This document shows positions 9,501 to 19,674 of a stretch of 28,686 nucleotides of DNA, in pieces. Each line of letters starts with the position of its first letter. Position 1 is the first letter of the stretch. The stretch lies in the NCBI GenBank assembly GCA_002269645.1, contig NIVC01005007.1, forward strand, positions 1 to 28,686. Direction: 5' to 3'. A program made the position numbers and the translations under genes. The stretch is from Macrostomum lignano. Lineage: Eukaryota. The notes beneath the pieces are model-generated. The model was not told the DNA's origin. It saw only the letters and a list, made by a program, of their open reading frames with translations, and searched no databases.

Positions 9501-10365
9501 CGGGAAAGGGTTTGAGCTGGGTTGCTGGATCAGGGCTTGAGTTCGTGAGCCCCATCACTAGCAGTTATACACTGCAAAAGTGTTAGCGGTAAACAAATCA
9601 CTGATACGTACGAGTATTTGTCGAGCGTGGGATTCTTAGCCAGGCACTGACTGATAGCCTTGCTAATCCAGGCCTTTCTGCTTGACTTTAGTAGCGAAAA
9701 AGCCTCTTGTAGCAGTTTAGTTGAAGTTTGTCTCCGCTACCCTGTTTCTTATATTCCGAAGGGTACAAACGGTTGCAGCCTTTCCATGAAATATGATCTG
9801 GAGTCCAAAATTCAGGCGTCATTTAAAGACGCCCAGCAATTCGTGACCCTTTATGTTTTTTGATAACTGTTAAGGCTAATTAGTTTCGTCAACAGCAGCT
9901 GAAGCATGTGACAGAGAGAAGGGGGATGTTCGGAGCCATCTAAAAAAATTGATCGCTGAACTCTCGGTCTTCGGAGTTCAGGCGGTGCTCCAGTAAAATT
10001 CTTAAAGCTGCTGCTGCTGCTGTTGCTGTCCAGGATCTGGGCTAACAGGAAAGCGGATTGTGTTTGGAACAGTTGTAAAATATGAATTTGTTAAACTTCT
10101 GAATGATTTGCCCGCTGCCTCTTCGAAATATAGGAATAAAAATTATGAATTTCAATTTGCTAAAATCGTTACAACAGCTGGTCTGCTAAAGGTTGATTGT
10201 GCCCGAGAACCCCTGGGATCTGGGAACTAATTTAGATGCCTGAGCCAACGTGTAAATTGACTCGACTTCCACCAGATAAAGTTTGCTAGCAAATGGATAA
10301 ACTTTTGAAACTGGGAGAGGTTAGCTTCAGATTGGGGTTTAAGGAGAATTTGCTGTAGGAAAGTC

Positions 10366-10706
10366 GAAGGGATAGAATGATTTTGAGAGTGAGATGAAGG
10401 GATGGAATGATGCGGAGAGGGAGATGAAGGGATGGAATGATATGGAGAGGGAGATGAAGGGATGTATGATACGGAGAGGGAGATGAAGGGATGGAATGAT
10501 ATGGAGAGGGAGATGAAGGGATGGAATGATATGGAGAGGGAGATGAAGGGATGGAATGATATGGAGAGGGAGATGAAGGGATAGAATGATATGGAGAGGG
10601 AGATGAAGGGATAGAATGATATGGAGACGGAGATGAAGGGATAGAATGATATGGAGAGGGAGATGAAGGGATAGAATGATATGGAGACGGAGATGAAGGG
10701 ATAGAA
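10366..10706. repeat. 30-bp minisatellite (GGGATGGAATGATATGGAGAGGGAGATGAA), ~11 copies
   Basis: Directly visible. It explains the 10-aa-periodic ORFs 10227-10830. Confidence 0.96.
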
Positions 10707-11399
10707 TCTCCATAAAAGTCGAAATTCCATAAAAAATTCCTGGAGTCAAAGGCGCATTTTTTACTGCGATGACGCGCTGGTGGCATGCACTGACCGCTTG
10801 CGCGCAGTTCCGGTTATTAATGAGACGCAAGCGCTCGGAGAATAAGCAATTTTATGCAGGAATTCAAGAGTGCTGCCTTGGCTATTCTGTAGGCCTATAG
10901 GCTCGGCCATGTGTTAAAAGAATATAAATGGTCAGTCAGTGAAGTGGGGAGCCTGCGACATGATCGAGAGGTGCATGTTCCTCAATCTCCCTGCCCTCTC
11001 TAGAAGAGACACGCCATCCATTTTAGCCCGAGCGGAGCCCGAGGGGGGCCTCCAGAAACTCAGATTGATGGCCCTGAAGGCCCGCTGCTTGCGGTCGCAT
11101 TCCATCCGTGATCTACATCCCCGATCTACGACACGTGTGCGCTCTAGGCGACCACACTGTCCTCGGTGAGGGATCGGGAAGGAATGCGGCTTCACTTTTC
11201 AAGCATCTTTCAATTTCGATTCTCTATTCCTAGCAATCATTTCTGCTGCTGTTTCTTGTCCTTGTTTGAACGGAACTGACCGGAGAGTTTCTTGGGTGCA
11301 AGCTTTCTTAGAAATTAATTGTTTTTTTGTTTAAACTGGCAAAGGTTGCAAAGTGGTTGCGCTAATTGTAGGTCTTCTATGCTAGGGGGCTTGGGTTCG

Positions 11400-11790
11400 T
11401 ATCCGTGGCATCACAGATACGGTAGCTTGTTGTCATGGATACTGTGGCTTGTTGTCATGGACACTGTGGCTTGTTGTCATGCATACTGTGGCTTGTTGTC
11501 ATAGATACTGTGGCTTGTTGTCATGGATACTGTGGCTTGTTGTCATGGATACGATGGCTTGTTGTCACGGATACTGTGGCTTGTTGTCCCGGATACCGTG
11601 GCTTGTTGTCACGGATACAGTGGCTTGTTGTCACGGATACTGTGGCTTGTTGTCATGGATACTGTAGCTTGTTGTTATGGATACGGTGGCTTGTTGTACG
11701 GATACAGTAGGTTGTTTTCATGGATACGGCAGCTTGTTGTCATGGCTATGGTAGCTTGCTGACATGGATACGGTGGCTTGTTGCCTTGGA
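11400..11790. repeat. 22-bp minisatellite (CATGGATACTGTGGCTTGTTGT), ~17 copies
   Basis: Directly visible. Confidence 0.95.
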
Positions 11791-12334
11791 TTGCATAGAT
11801 CAGGGATCAATGCTTGTAATAAAATTTTCGAATTTCTCCAGGCTCAGGGCAGCAAAACAAACATGCGGATGAGAAAATTGTAAACACCCTCCATCGAGGC
11901 AGGAATAACAGATGAGGTGGATCAGCTCGCGAAGATTATTCTAGAATGGTCCGGTGGAATGCGGAAAGTGCAGCCTTCGCTGATTTGCCCATTTCTCACC
12001 TGGATGTCTCGCTGGCAGGCGTGATTTACAACTGCCCGAGGGGAGAGCCCAAACTGGCAGTTCTGAAAGAAGAAAACAAGAGAACCAGTGGAGAGAGATA
12101 TTACAGCAAGCAGCCACAGCCCCTGGAATGTTGATGATGACAAATGACATTCCATCATGAACTGCTTGGCCTATGCAAGCGGAAATGTCAGATGTTTCCA
12201 CATTAGAAAATTCCTGAGTGCCCAGGCAAAATTCTCATTCATACATTTCTCTTCTCGGCTTCTTCATTCTTTTGGATTGCAGCTCCATCTTTCCCATTGC
12301 ATAAGCTCACGTACTCCACCTTCCATCCTTTGAT

Positions 12335-12800
12335 CTCCCTTCATCTCGCTTTTCTCTCTCGTGTTTTTTGCTCCTTTTTCTCCGCTGTTACCCCCTTCAT
12401 CTCTCTGCTCCCCCTTTATCTCCCTGCTCTCCCTTCATCTCTCTGCTCCCCCTTTATCTCCCTGCTCTCCCTTCATCTCCTTACTCCCTTCATCTCCCTG
12501 CTCCCCCTTCATCTCCCCTGCTCCCCCTTCATCTCCCTGCCCCCCTTCATCTCCCCTGCTCCCCCTTCATCTCCCCTGCTCCCCCTTCATCTCCCTGCTC
12601 TCCCTTCATCTCCCTGCTCTCCCTTCATCTCCCTGCTCCCCCTTCATCTCCCTGCTCCCCCTTCATCTCCCTGCTCTCCCTTTATCTCCCCTGCTCTCCA
12701 TTCATCTCCCTGCTCTCCCTTCATCTCCCCTGCTCTCCATTCATCTCCCTGCTCTCCCTTCATCTCCCCTCCTTCCCCTTCATCTCTCTTTCTTCCCCTT
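12335..12800. repeat. Pyrimidine-rich 17-18-bp minisatellite (CCCCTTCATCTCCCTGCT)
   Basis: Directly visible. It explains the Pro/Ser/Leu-rich ORFs 12297-13063. Confidence 0.95.
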
Positions 12801-12953
12801 CATGTGGGAGAAGATTCTCCTTTATCTTCTCAACTCCTCTTTCATTTCACCTCTGTACCCCTGTCCCATATAACCAACCCCTATCCGACACTCTTTCTTC
12901 TCACTTAATATTCCCAATCCTTTCGTTAGCATTCTTCCCCTTGCCTTCCACGG

Positions 12954-12955
<2 letters not shown>

Positions 12956-13032
<77 letters not shown>
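12956..13032. repeat. (CT)n microsatellite
   Basis: Directly visible. Confidence 0.97.
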
Positions 13033-13489
13033 GTTAAAGCAATGTAACAATTATAAGCACTAATATAATTTTGCAGCACTGTATCAGTGGCATATTTTAG
13101 AGGACATCTGCAGCCAGTGTCCTTCCGTTCTTTAGAAAGTTAATTTTCAAAACTTTGTTCAACATCGCCCCTCCATCACTCTACGCCGTGGCATTTAGAC
13201 ACGGCAAGGCAATCAATCCCAAAACTTTGCGATTCTATAGCAGCTTATCACTGCGTCGAGATGAATTCCATTTTGTTTACAGCGCTGGCCCCAATCTACA
13301 TCTAGATAGATCCGAAAAAACACAGGGTGGCCATGCAAAATATCATCTTTAATAGAGATTTGAAGGGCGAATTGTAGTCTGTGCGGCCTGATGATTAACG
13401 ATTGCTATCGATACGAAAGTAGGAGGGCTAATGCAGGATGCAATACATTTTCCACGATCGAGATTAGAGACTTTGGGGAGATTAAAGTT

Positions 13490-13960
13490 GTTGGGGGAGA
13501 TTAAGGTTGCTGGGTGAGTTTTAGGATGCTGGGTGAGTTCTAGGATGCTGGGGGAGTTTTAGGATGCTGGGTGAGTTTTAGGATGCTGGGTGAGTTTTAG
13601 GATGCTGGGTGAGATTAATGAGGCAGGGTAAGATAGTGGATGCTGGGTGAGATGGAAGATGCTGTTTGGGACGGAAGATGCTGGGTGAGATGGAGGATGC
13701 TGGATGACATGGAGGATGCTGGGTGAGATGGAGGATGCTGGATGACATGGAGGATGCTGGGTGAGATGGAGGATGCTGGGTGAGATGGAGGATGCTGGAT
13801 GACATGGAGGATGCTGGGTGAGATGGAGGATGCTGGGTGAGATGGAGGATGCTGGATGACATGGAGGATGCTGGGTGAGATGGAGGATGCTGGATGACAT
13901 GGAGGATGCTGGGTGAGATGGAGGATGCTGGGTGACATGGAGGATGCTGGGTGAGATGGA
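13490..13960. repeat. 19-bp minisatellite with sub-arrays (GAGTTTTAGGATGCTGGGT, then interspersed GAGGATGCTGGGTGAGATG / GAGGATGCTGGATGACATG)
   Basis: Directly visible, with a period of 19 at 13516/13535/13554. Confidence 0.95.
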
Positions 13961-15474
13961 GTTCTTTTTCAGAATGGCTCTCATCAGGAAAGGTAATTAA
14001 ACAAGTCAAACATTTATCTGATCCTGTTTAACTTCCACTCAGTTGGAGCTCATTTATTTTGTTCATCAGCGGGACTTGATGGGGATAAAACGACCCTAAC
14101 CCGAAGCAAAACAACTCCTTAGAAACAAACACAGGTTGCCTCAGTTTTACGCTAAAAATAAGCTTCAAAGCTTAGAAAACATATAGACTAAGCACTTCTT
14201 GCATAACCAGAGCAAAATATCAGTTAAATATTGCTCAACCAACTGCTGCTATTGACCAAATCAAATAAAATTGATGAAAAAATGAACAGGATATGGAATT
14301 TCTCCGGTGAAAACATTATTAGAGTCACTCGAGGCGCCTTCAAAGTGACCAGAAATAGTTGCAGTGCAGTGCAGTGCTTCATCGGTTTATAATTGTCGAC
14401 AGATAAATGATAGATATTTAATGAGGCTAGCAGATATTGTTAAGAACTCATGGCTGATGACGAATCAGACAGGTGAGCGTGACGGGGGCGGATTAAATTA
14501 TAACTGAAAGCATGTGAATCTGTGCAGTTGGGCTGTCAGGCAGGAGACAGAGCAACTGCAGTTTAGCTAAAAACACACGCTAATGTATAAAAATTAATAG
14601 TTAATAATTATTACTAGAAAAACATCTGTTGTGACTATTTGAAAGCATTCCGATAATATAGATGGAAGGAAAAATGGTCAACTCATGAACCATATATTGT
14701 TATTAAAGCAGAAAAGCATGTTTTCCTTGTTTCATTGCGAGCCAGTATTAGCCTTTTCAATTCTTTTAATAATTTTTCATTCCAATCTTTCATCTAAATT
14801 TATTATTTTGCCGATAAATTCATAACTTTCGAGTTGGTTCGGCTAAAAGTGGCTACAAAATTGGCTTGATCAGTTTGAAAGCCCAGAGCGCGCCACGTTA
14901 ATGCAGAGAGAGGTGAGTAGCAATGAGTGGTATAAAAAATATACGATGCAAAAATGAAGAAGCCTTGTTACTAGGGAAAGATGCGGGTGCGACGTCAGAG
15001 TGAGCTCCGATAAGAGGCGCACTTCGCCCGAATGGTGCAGAATGCTCGTAGAAAGGCAAATCGGGATGTCTTTCGCTTCAATTGGTGGGGCTGTTTCTCT
15101 AAAATATAATAGTAAACCGGTACGCGCGATTGCCAATCAGTTTAACAAATTTAATAGTAAACATGGTATAACAAATTGTAATAGCGAAAGAGACGCGGGC
15201 AATCGATAAATTAAGAGTTGAGTGCGAGAAGAAACTCAATCGAATAAATGACAATGACGAACCGACGGAAAGCGCGGACGAGTGGTGTTGCCGATTGCTA
15301 AGCAGTTGCGAGCATTGAGAATATTCGAGCCCATTTTCTGTCCAACTTTTGCATTCCCAACAGCATATCATTAATTGTCAGTTTACAGAAGTTACACTTC
15401 GACTCGTTAAGCCCTCAGTCCCGTGCTGTCTGATCACTCCGGTTCCCGTTTAAGACCCTTCGGCGTCTGTCGCT

Positions 15475-15707
15475 TCAAGCGCAGGTGCAAGTCTCAGCGG
15501 ACAAGTCCTTGATAGTCTTGAGCTGCACGTTGCTGCCGCCACCGGGTTTGCGAACCACTGTCAGTACCTGGAAGTCCCGATAGGTGTTGGCCACGCAGCA
15601 GAGGCTGATCTCCTCTCGGGTTGCATGGCTCAGCTGGCTTGTCTGACTGTGGCTAAAGATCTGCAGCAGCGAGCTGTGAGCGTTGTTCACTTCGGACTGG
15701 CCGTGGC
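15475..15707 (-). CDS. TGF-beta superfamily ligand (activin/myostatin/TGF-beta-like), last exon
   Basis: Acceptor TTTGACAG| (minus), phase 1. It encodes (C)HGQSEVNNAHSSLLQIF...SLCCVANTYRDFQVLTVV...TIKDLSAETCTCA*, with the CC and terminal CxC of the cystine knot. Confidence 0.92.
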
Positions 15708-15813
15708 CTGTCAAAGGGGGGAATTGGTTTAGCAAAAATGCAGCCAAATAATCACTCAATGGTTGCCCAGCAAAACTGGCATGAAATCCGAATTCAACTA
15801 GGAGGTTACTCAC

Positions 15814-16494
15814 ATTCTCCAGTGCAGTAGTTGATTTGAAGCTGACGCGGCGCCAGCACAGCACTCTGGTGGATTAGGTCGTACGTGAAGTCCATCATAC
15901 AGCAGGACACCTGACCATGTCGCATGCGCATCTTCTCAAGGATGCACTTTTGCGTCTTAGTGATGTCCTTGCTGGACGTTACGTTGTTGAACAATGAGGC
16001 GGCGGCTACTTCAAATGGCCAGGGCTCTCTGCTTGCTTCGCGCTTCTGCCGGTCATTCTGCTGGTCCTCTGGTCCAGTTGTCTCTCTAATGCGGACTTTG
16101 CAATCCATCACCAGGTAGGCCACGTTCAAGTCACTTTTAGTTTTGCATTGAGGACATTCGATCAAGAAAAACAGTTCGATCTGGTCACCGCTCTGTGGCG
16201 AAAAAAATTTCGTGATAATCGGCTTAACATCTGCGCTGAAGTCCACTGAGATCTCGTCCATGGCTGCTGCTGACAGAATCACATTCTTGGTTCTCGTAGC
16301 CCCGGGACTCAACAAAGTATCGGACGCATTGCTGAGCTGGTAGACTGAAATTCGCATGGCTTTCACTAGGGGACGCGACTTCGGCGTCAGATGGACGCTC
16401 ATGCTCAGCTTAGTAATGCGCTGCTCGCTGATGGACCTGTCAATTATGAAGCTCCAACCATGGTGCTCCCTGCCTGCCAGATCTTGAATCGTCT
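15814..16494 (-). CDS. TGF-beta superfamily ligand, exon with late prodomain, furin site and first half of the mature domain
   Basis: Acceptor CCCACAG| and donor |GTGAGT, phase 1 to 1. It has a prodomain CPQC, RQKR at 16040-16051, then QKC...SCCMMDFTYDL...LAPRQLQINYCTGE(C). A 106-bp intron leads to the last exon. Confidence 0.92.
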
Positions 16495-16956
16495 CTGTGG
16501 GATTTTAGCGATATCTCATCAGCTACTGAGAATAATGCGAGAAAGATTCAAGTTTCTCAGTTGATAATTGCCCTTCTAGCTCCTGCCTACATGTACCTGC
16601 TAGGAGGAAAGCTGGCTCGTAAATGAAAACCATGGAACAGATTGAGATCTTTGATAGTAGTTAAGAGACAAAGCCTCTTGTTTAAGTAGTTTCGTATTCG
16701 GGGCTGGTCCACTCAGTTGGTCCACCTGTCGAGACGGGAATGTCCTAATTAGTTCCAATTACGTGTCGATTCGAAATTCTTCGAGCACTAGACACTAATG
16801 ACCACCTCTGCAAGGAGTGCCCATATGTCTCTTTTATTCCTAAACTGTCGTTTTGACAAAGTCAACCGCCCGTCCTTGCCACACTGTATAACCTTAACAG
16901 TTGGTTTCTTTCATGGCCCAAAGGCAACTTTAATAGGGTAGCAACTAAAAACTTAC

Positions 16957-17479
16957 TTGGCGTTCCGATAAAGATGGACTCCTCAAACTTGCGCGTCATT
17001 GGCCTCGCGTTCCACTTGTACACGCGCGTTAAAATGGCATCCGGTATGCGCGTGAGGAGGTCCTCTTTCTCGCTGACATCTAGCAGTACGTCACCCTTGC
17101 TGATGCCCAGGTTTTCGTACAGTAGATTAGTGACCCTGTCCGACATTGATTGCTGCTTTAAATAGACGCCCATATAAGCATCGCGCAGAAACTTCCGCCA
17201 CGTACTGACGGTCATGTTGGAGAGTCCTTCGTACTTCAGGTTAATCCGACGTAGTTCTTCCCTGATGATGTCGCTAATCACTCGGCCATCCTTAGTTGTC
17301 CCCGCATTCGAGTAAAATTCCTTGTGCAGAAATGACACGGCGTCCTCCTCCGTGCTGCTGCTCACTAGAGGCTCCGGAGTGGCGAATGTTGTTGGCGCTG
17401 GCGCAGAGTCAGCGCAGAGCAGGCAGCCGCACAGGCAGATGGCGGCGGCCAAGCACAGGCAACGGGAACTCAGAGACAT
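16957..17479 (-). CDS. TGF-beta superfamily ligand, first coding exon (signal peptide and prodomain)
   Basis: The ATG is followed by the hydrophobic signal-peptide-like MSLSSRCLCLAAAICLCGCLLCADS. The donor |GTAAGT at 16956 is phase 1 and compatible with the acceptor at 16494. Confidence 0.85.
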
Positions 17480-17585
17480 GACTTTTTGCTGTCGAATTGG
17501 GGTTTGTTTCCAATTTGGTTAAAGCAACGTTCCTAACAGCTCATTTATAATGACAGAATCTGAGGCTCAGAAATAGTTAACTTAC

Positions 17586-17699
17586 CGTTCGAATTCGAGA
17601 CAGGTTTGGTCGGACAAACAAAACGAACCGCCGCACCAGTGGAACAAGCGTGAGAGCAGTGGGTCCTCGCCGCGGCCGCCAACTGGTCGAGTTTTTATA
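17586..17699 (-). promoter_or_regulatory. Putative TATA box (17692-17699) and 5' UTR exon of the TGF-beta-family gene
   Basis: TATAAAAA on the minus strand. A donor ACG|GTAAGT at 17586/17585 and an acceptor CGACAG| at 17489/17488 define a 97-bp intron ending 9 nt before the ATG. The TSS is inferred only. Confidence 0.55.
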
Positions 17700-19050
17700 G
17701 ACGATCGGGACCCAGGAGGTGTTGGCGTTGATTGAAGAGAGGGGGGCTTGGAGTGGGCAGGGAGGCAAGCAGTCGCAAATAGAGACGGACTGCGGTTGGA
17801 GGCTGGGTTCAACCAACCCCAGTTCGATCTCCCCGAAAAAAAATCGCTGCATTCCTTAATAGCTTCAACCCCGAGCTGCCGTACTCTGCATGAATTCGCG
17901 ACCAATAAGTCATTCTGGATGGCTAACATTTACAGGGCAGCAGATTTTTGCATCATTCGCACCGGCCCTAAATTCCAGCTTCGAATTCTTGCGCATTCCA
18001 GGGTTCCACCTTTCACTCGGAAAAAAAGAGTTTACATACTACTGCTTTGTTGCTAAATCAGTAATATATACTGATTAAATTGTAGATAGCTTTGCATGAA
18101 ATTCCGGTCGAACCAATTTGGCTTATTTGCCTATATTCTAAACAGCACTTTTGCGATTAGGGCTTGTTGTTTCGACCGGTTTATTAGTTTCTTAGTTTCT
18201 TAGGTTTCTATGATTTCTAGGTTTCTTAGAAAAAGTATAAGGAAAAGAAAAAAAGGGAAAAGAAATAAGGAAAGCTTGCCAGGGATTGAGCTGGCAAGTT
18301 CGAAGAAAATCGGTCAAGCCTTTTGGGAGATAATCGATTGCGTACAAGCAAGCAAGATTTTCATTTTTAGTATATGGATTGTTTTCAGATTTAATAGCCA
18401 TTCTACTCGCCTAAAGAATTATTAACCTAGCATTGCCTACTACTAGTAGTATAAGAATGCGTACCAAATAAATGTGAGATTACTATGTACTCGTAAAATA
18501 ACTCAAAGGAAGGATTTACTGTACAACAAAACAGTAAATTTCTTATTTAATTGGGCAACGCACGACGGCCTTTCCGCTCCAATTAATGAAGATTTTAGGA
18601 TCAAGCAACCTATAATCTTGAAGCTGATCTGAAGCAGCCTCTCACATAGACATAGGCACATACACTTGGGGTGTATTAGGCTCATCTCATTGGCATTAAG
18701 ACAGAGGTAAAATTCGGATTTTTTCTAAACTTGCAGCTACAGCTCGGAGTGTCACGAGGCATAAATAAATTGACAATCGGAGAGAATTCAATGCGGTCCG
18801 ATTCCCACATATGCATTCCATATTCTACATATACATGAATTTGGGTTAATCCTAGGGGAAATTCCTAGGGGGGATCCTAGAACTCTAGGAGCAATCCAAG
18901 CTAGCCAAGGGGCAACTAAACGGGGAATTATAGGGACATGCATGCCCACCTTCGAAATTTCACCTGGCCGTACGTGCGACTTACTTTTTGATCAAAAAAT
19001 GCGACTTACCTATGAAAGAAAGCAAAAATGAGCTGGTAACGTAATTTTGA

Positions 19051-19112
19051 GTAAGCGGCAAGAGTAACTATAACTGTATTATAAAGGTTAAATGCCTCGT
19101 CATCTAATTAGT
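19051..19112 (+). other. Isolated degenerate fragment of LSU (28S) rRNA, helix 69-71 region (not a functional rRNA gene)
   Basis: 19090-19112 AAATGCCTCGTCATCTAATTAGT is a 23-nt exact match to the conserved eukaryotic 28S sequence as recalled. 19051-19074 matches GTAAACGGCGGGAGTAACTATGAC at 20/24. The flanks are not rDNA-like. Confidence 0.7.
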
Positions 19113-19178
19113 ACTCCGTGTGTATTTTTTCGGGTCAGCGTTTTCGCGACTTACCTTGGCCAGACCTCTTGGCCCAGG

Positions 19179-19674
19179 CTGTCCCCTGTCCTTCCTCCGC
19201 CCTGCGCAAGACCCTGCTTGGACTCAACCGCATGGACATCAGGGCGGTGACCATGGCCCTCTCGGCTCATGGCTGTTTTGCCAGGCATCGCTACCTCCAG
19301 GGAAAAATCCGCAGTGGGAATGCCCATTCTGCCTCTCCGGTGTCGAGAATGCGGAGCATTTCATCTGTGAATGCCCCGCCTTTGCTCAGGACAGGCTCAC
19401 CTACCTCGGCCCAAACCCGGACCTTTCCGACGTTTTCAGGCCCGAGAATCTCTGCCAGCTCGTCCGCTACCTAAGGGCTTACCGGGCGAGCGACAGTCCA
19501 CCTCCTGGACTCTCCGGGGGGGGGGACACCGCGCTGCGGACACCGGCACCACCAGAACTCCCTGCGCGACACCGCAGCACTAGCTGCCCGTGGTTGCCAG
19601 GGCTTAGCGAAATGGGTGGCAACGCCTCCTCGCTGTTTCCGGACGCACGGAACCCCCTGCAGCTAGCTAAGTCA
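19179..19674 (+). mobile_element. 5'-truncated non-LTR retrotransposon (R1/LOA/I-group-like ORF2 C-terminus) with a 17-bp target-site duplication
   Basis: [25 protein letters not shown]..., then after a frameshift near 19320 [30 protein letters not shown] (C-x2-C-x8-H-x4-C zinc knuckle), then LRA/TGR across a second frameshift. It is flanked by the exact direct repeat AGACCTCTTGGCCCAGG at 19162-19178 and 19675-19691. Confidence 0.88.

Noticed and set aside
8868-13091. Recurrent CACTGATAC / GTATCAGTG motifs (8869, 9600, 13081) as Tc1-type termini
   Set aside because: Matches of only 9-10 bp with orientations that do not bracket a single element, and no matching left end was found for the 7.7-8.8 kb transposon.
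13380-13435. CTGATGA...GAAA hammerhead-like spacing
   Set aside because: Helix II is not closed next to the core, and helices I and III and the cleavage triplet do not fit.
8983-14009. Periodic ORFs over the 9.0, 10.4, 11.4, 12.3 and 13.5 kb arrays
   Set aside because: Repeat-derived and open in several frames and strands at once, with no domain.
16436-16438. Alternative acceptor TTGACAG|G for the TGF-beta middle exon
   Set aside because: It is phase 2, incompatible with the phase-1 donor at 16956. The acceptor at 16494 keeps the frame.
19051-19112. Annotation as a functional rRNA gene
   Set aside because: Only ~60 bp are similar, the helix 69 stem is broken, and there is no flanking rDNA.
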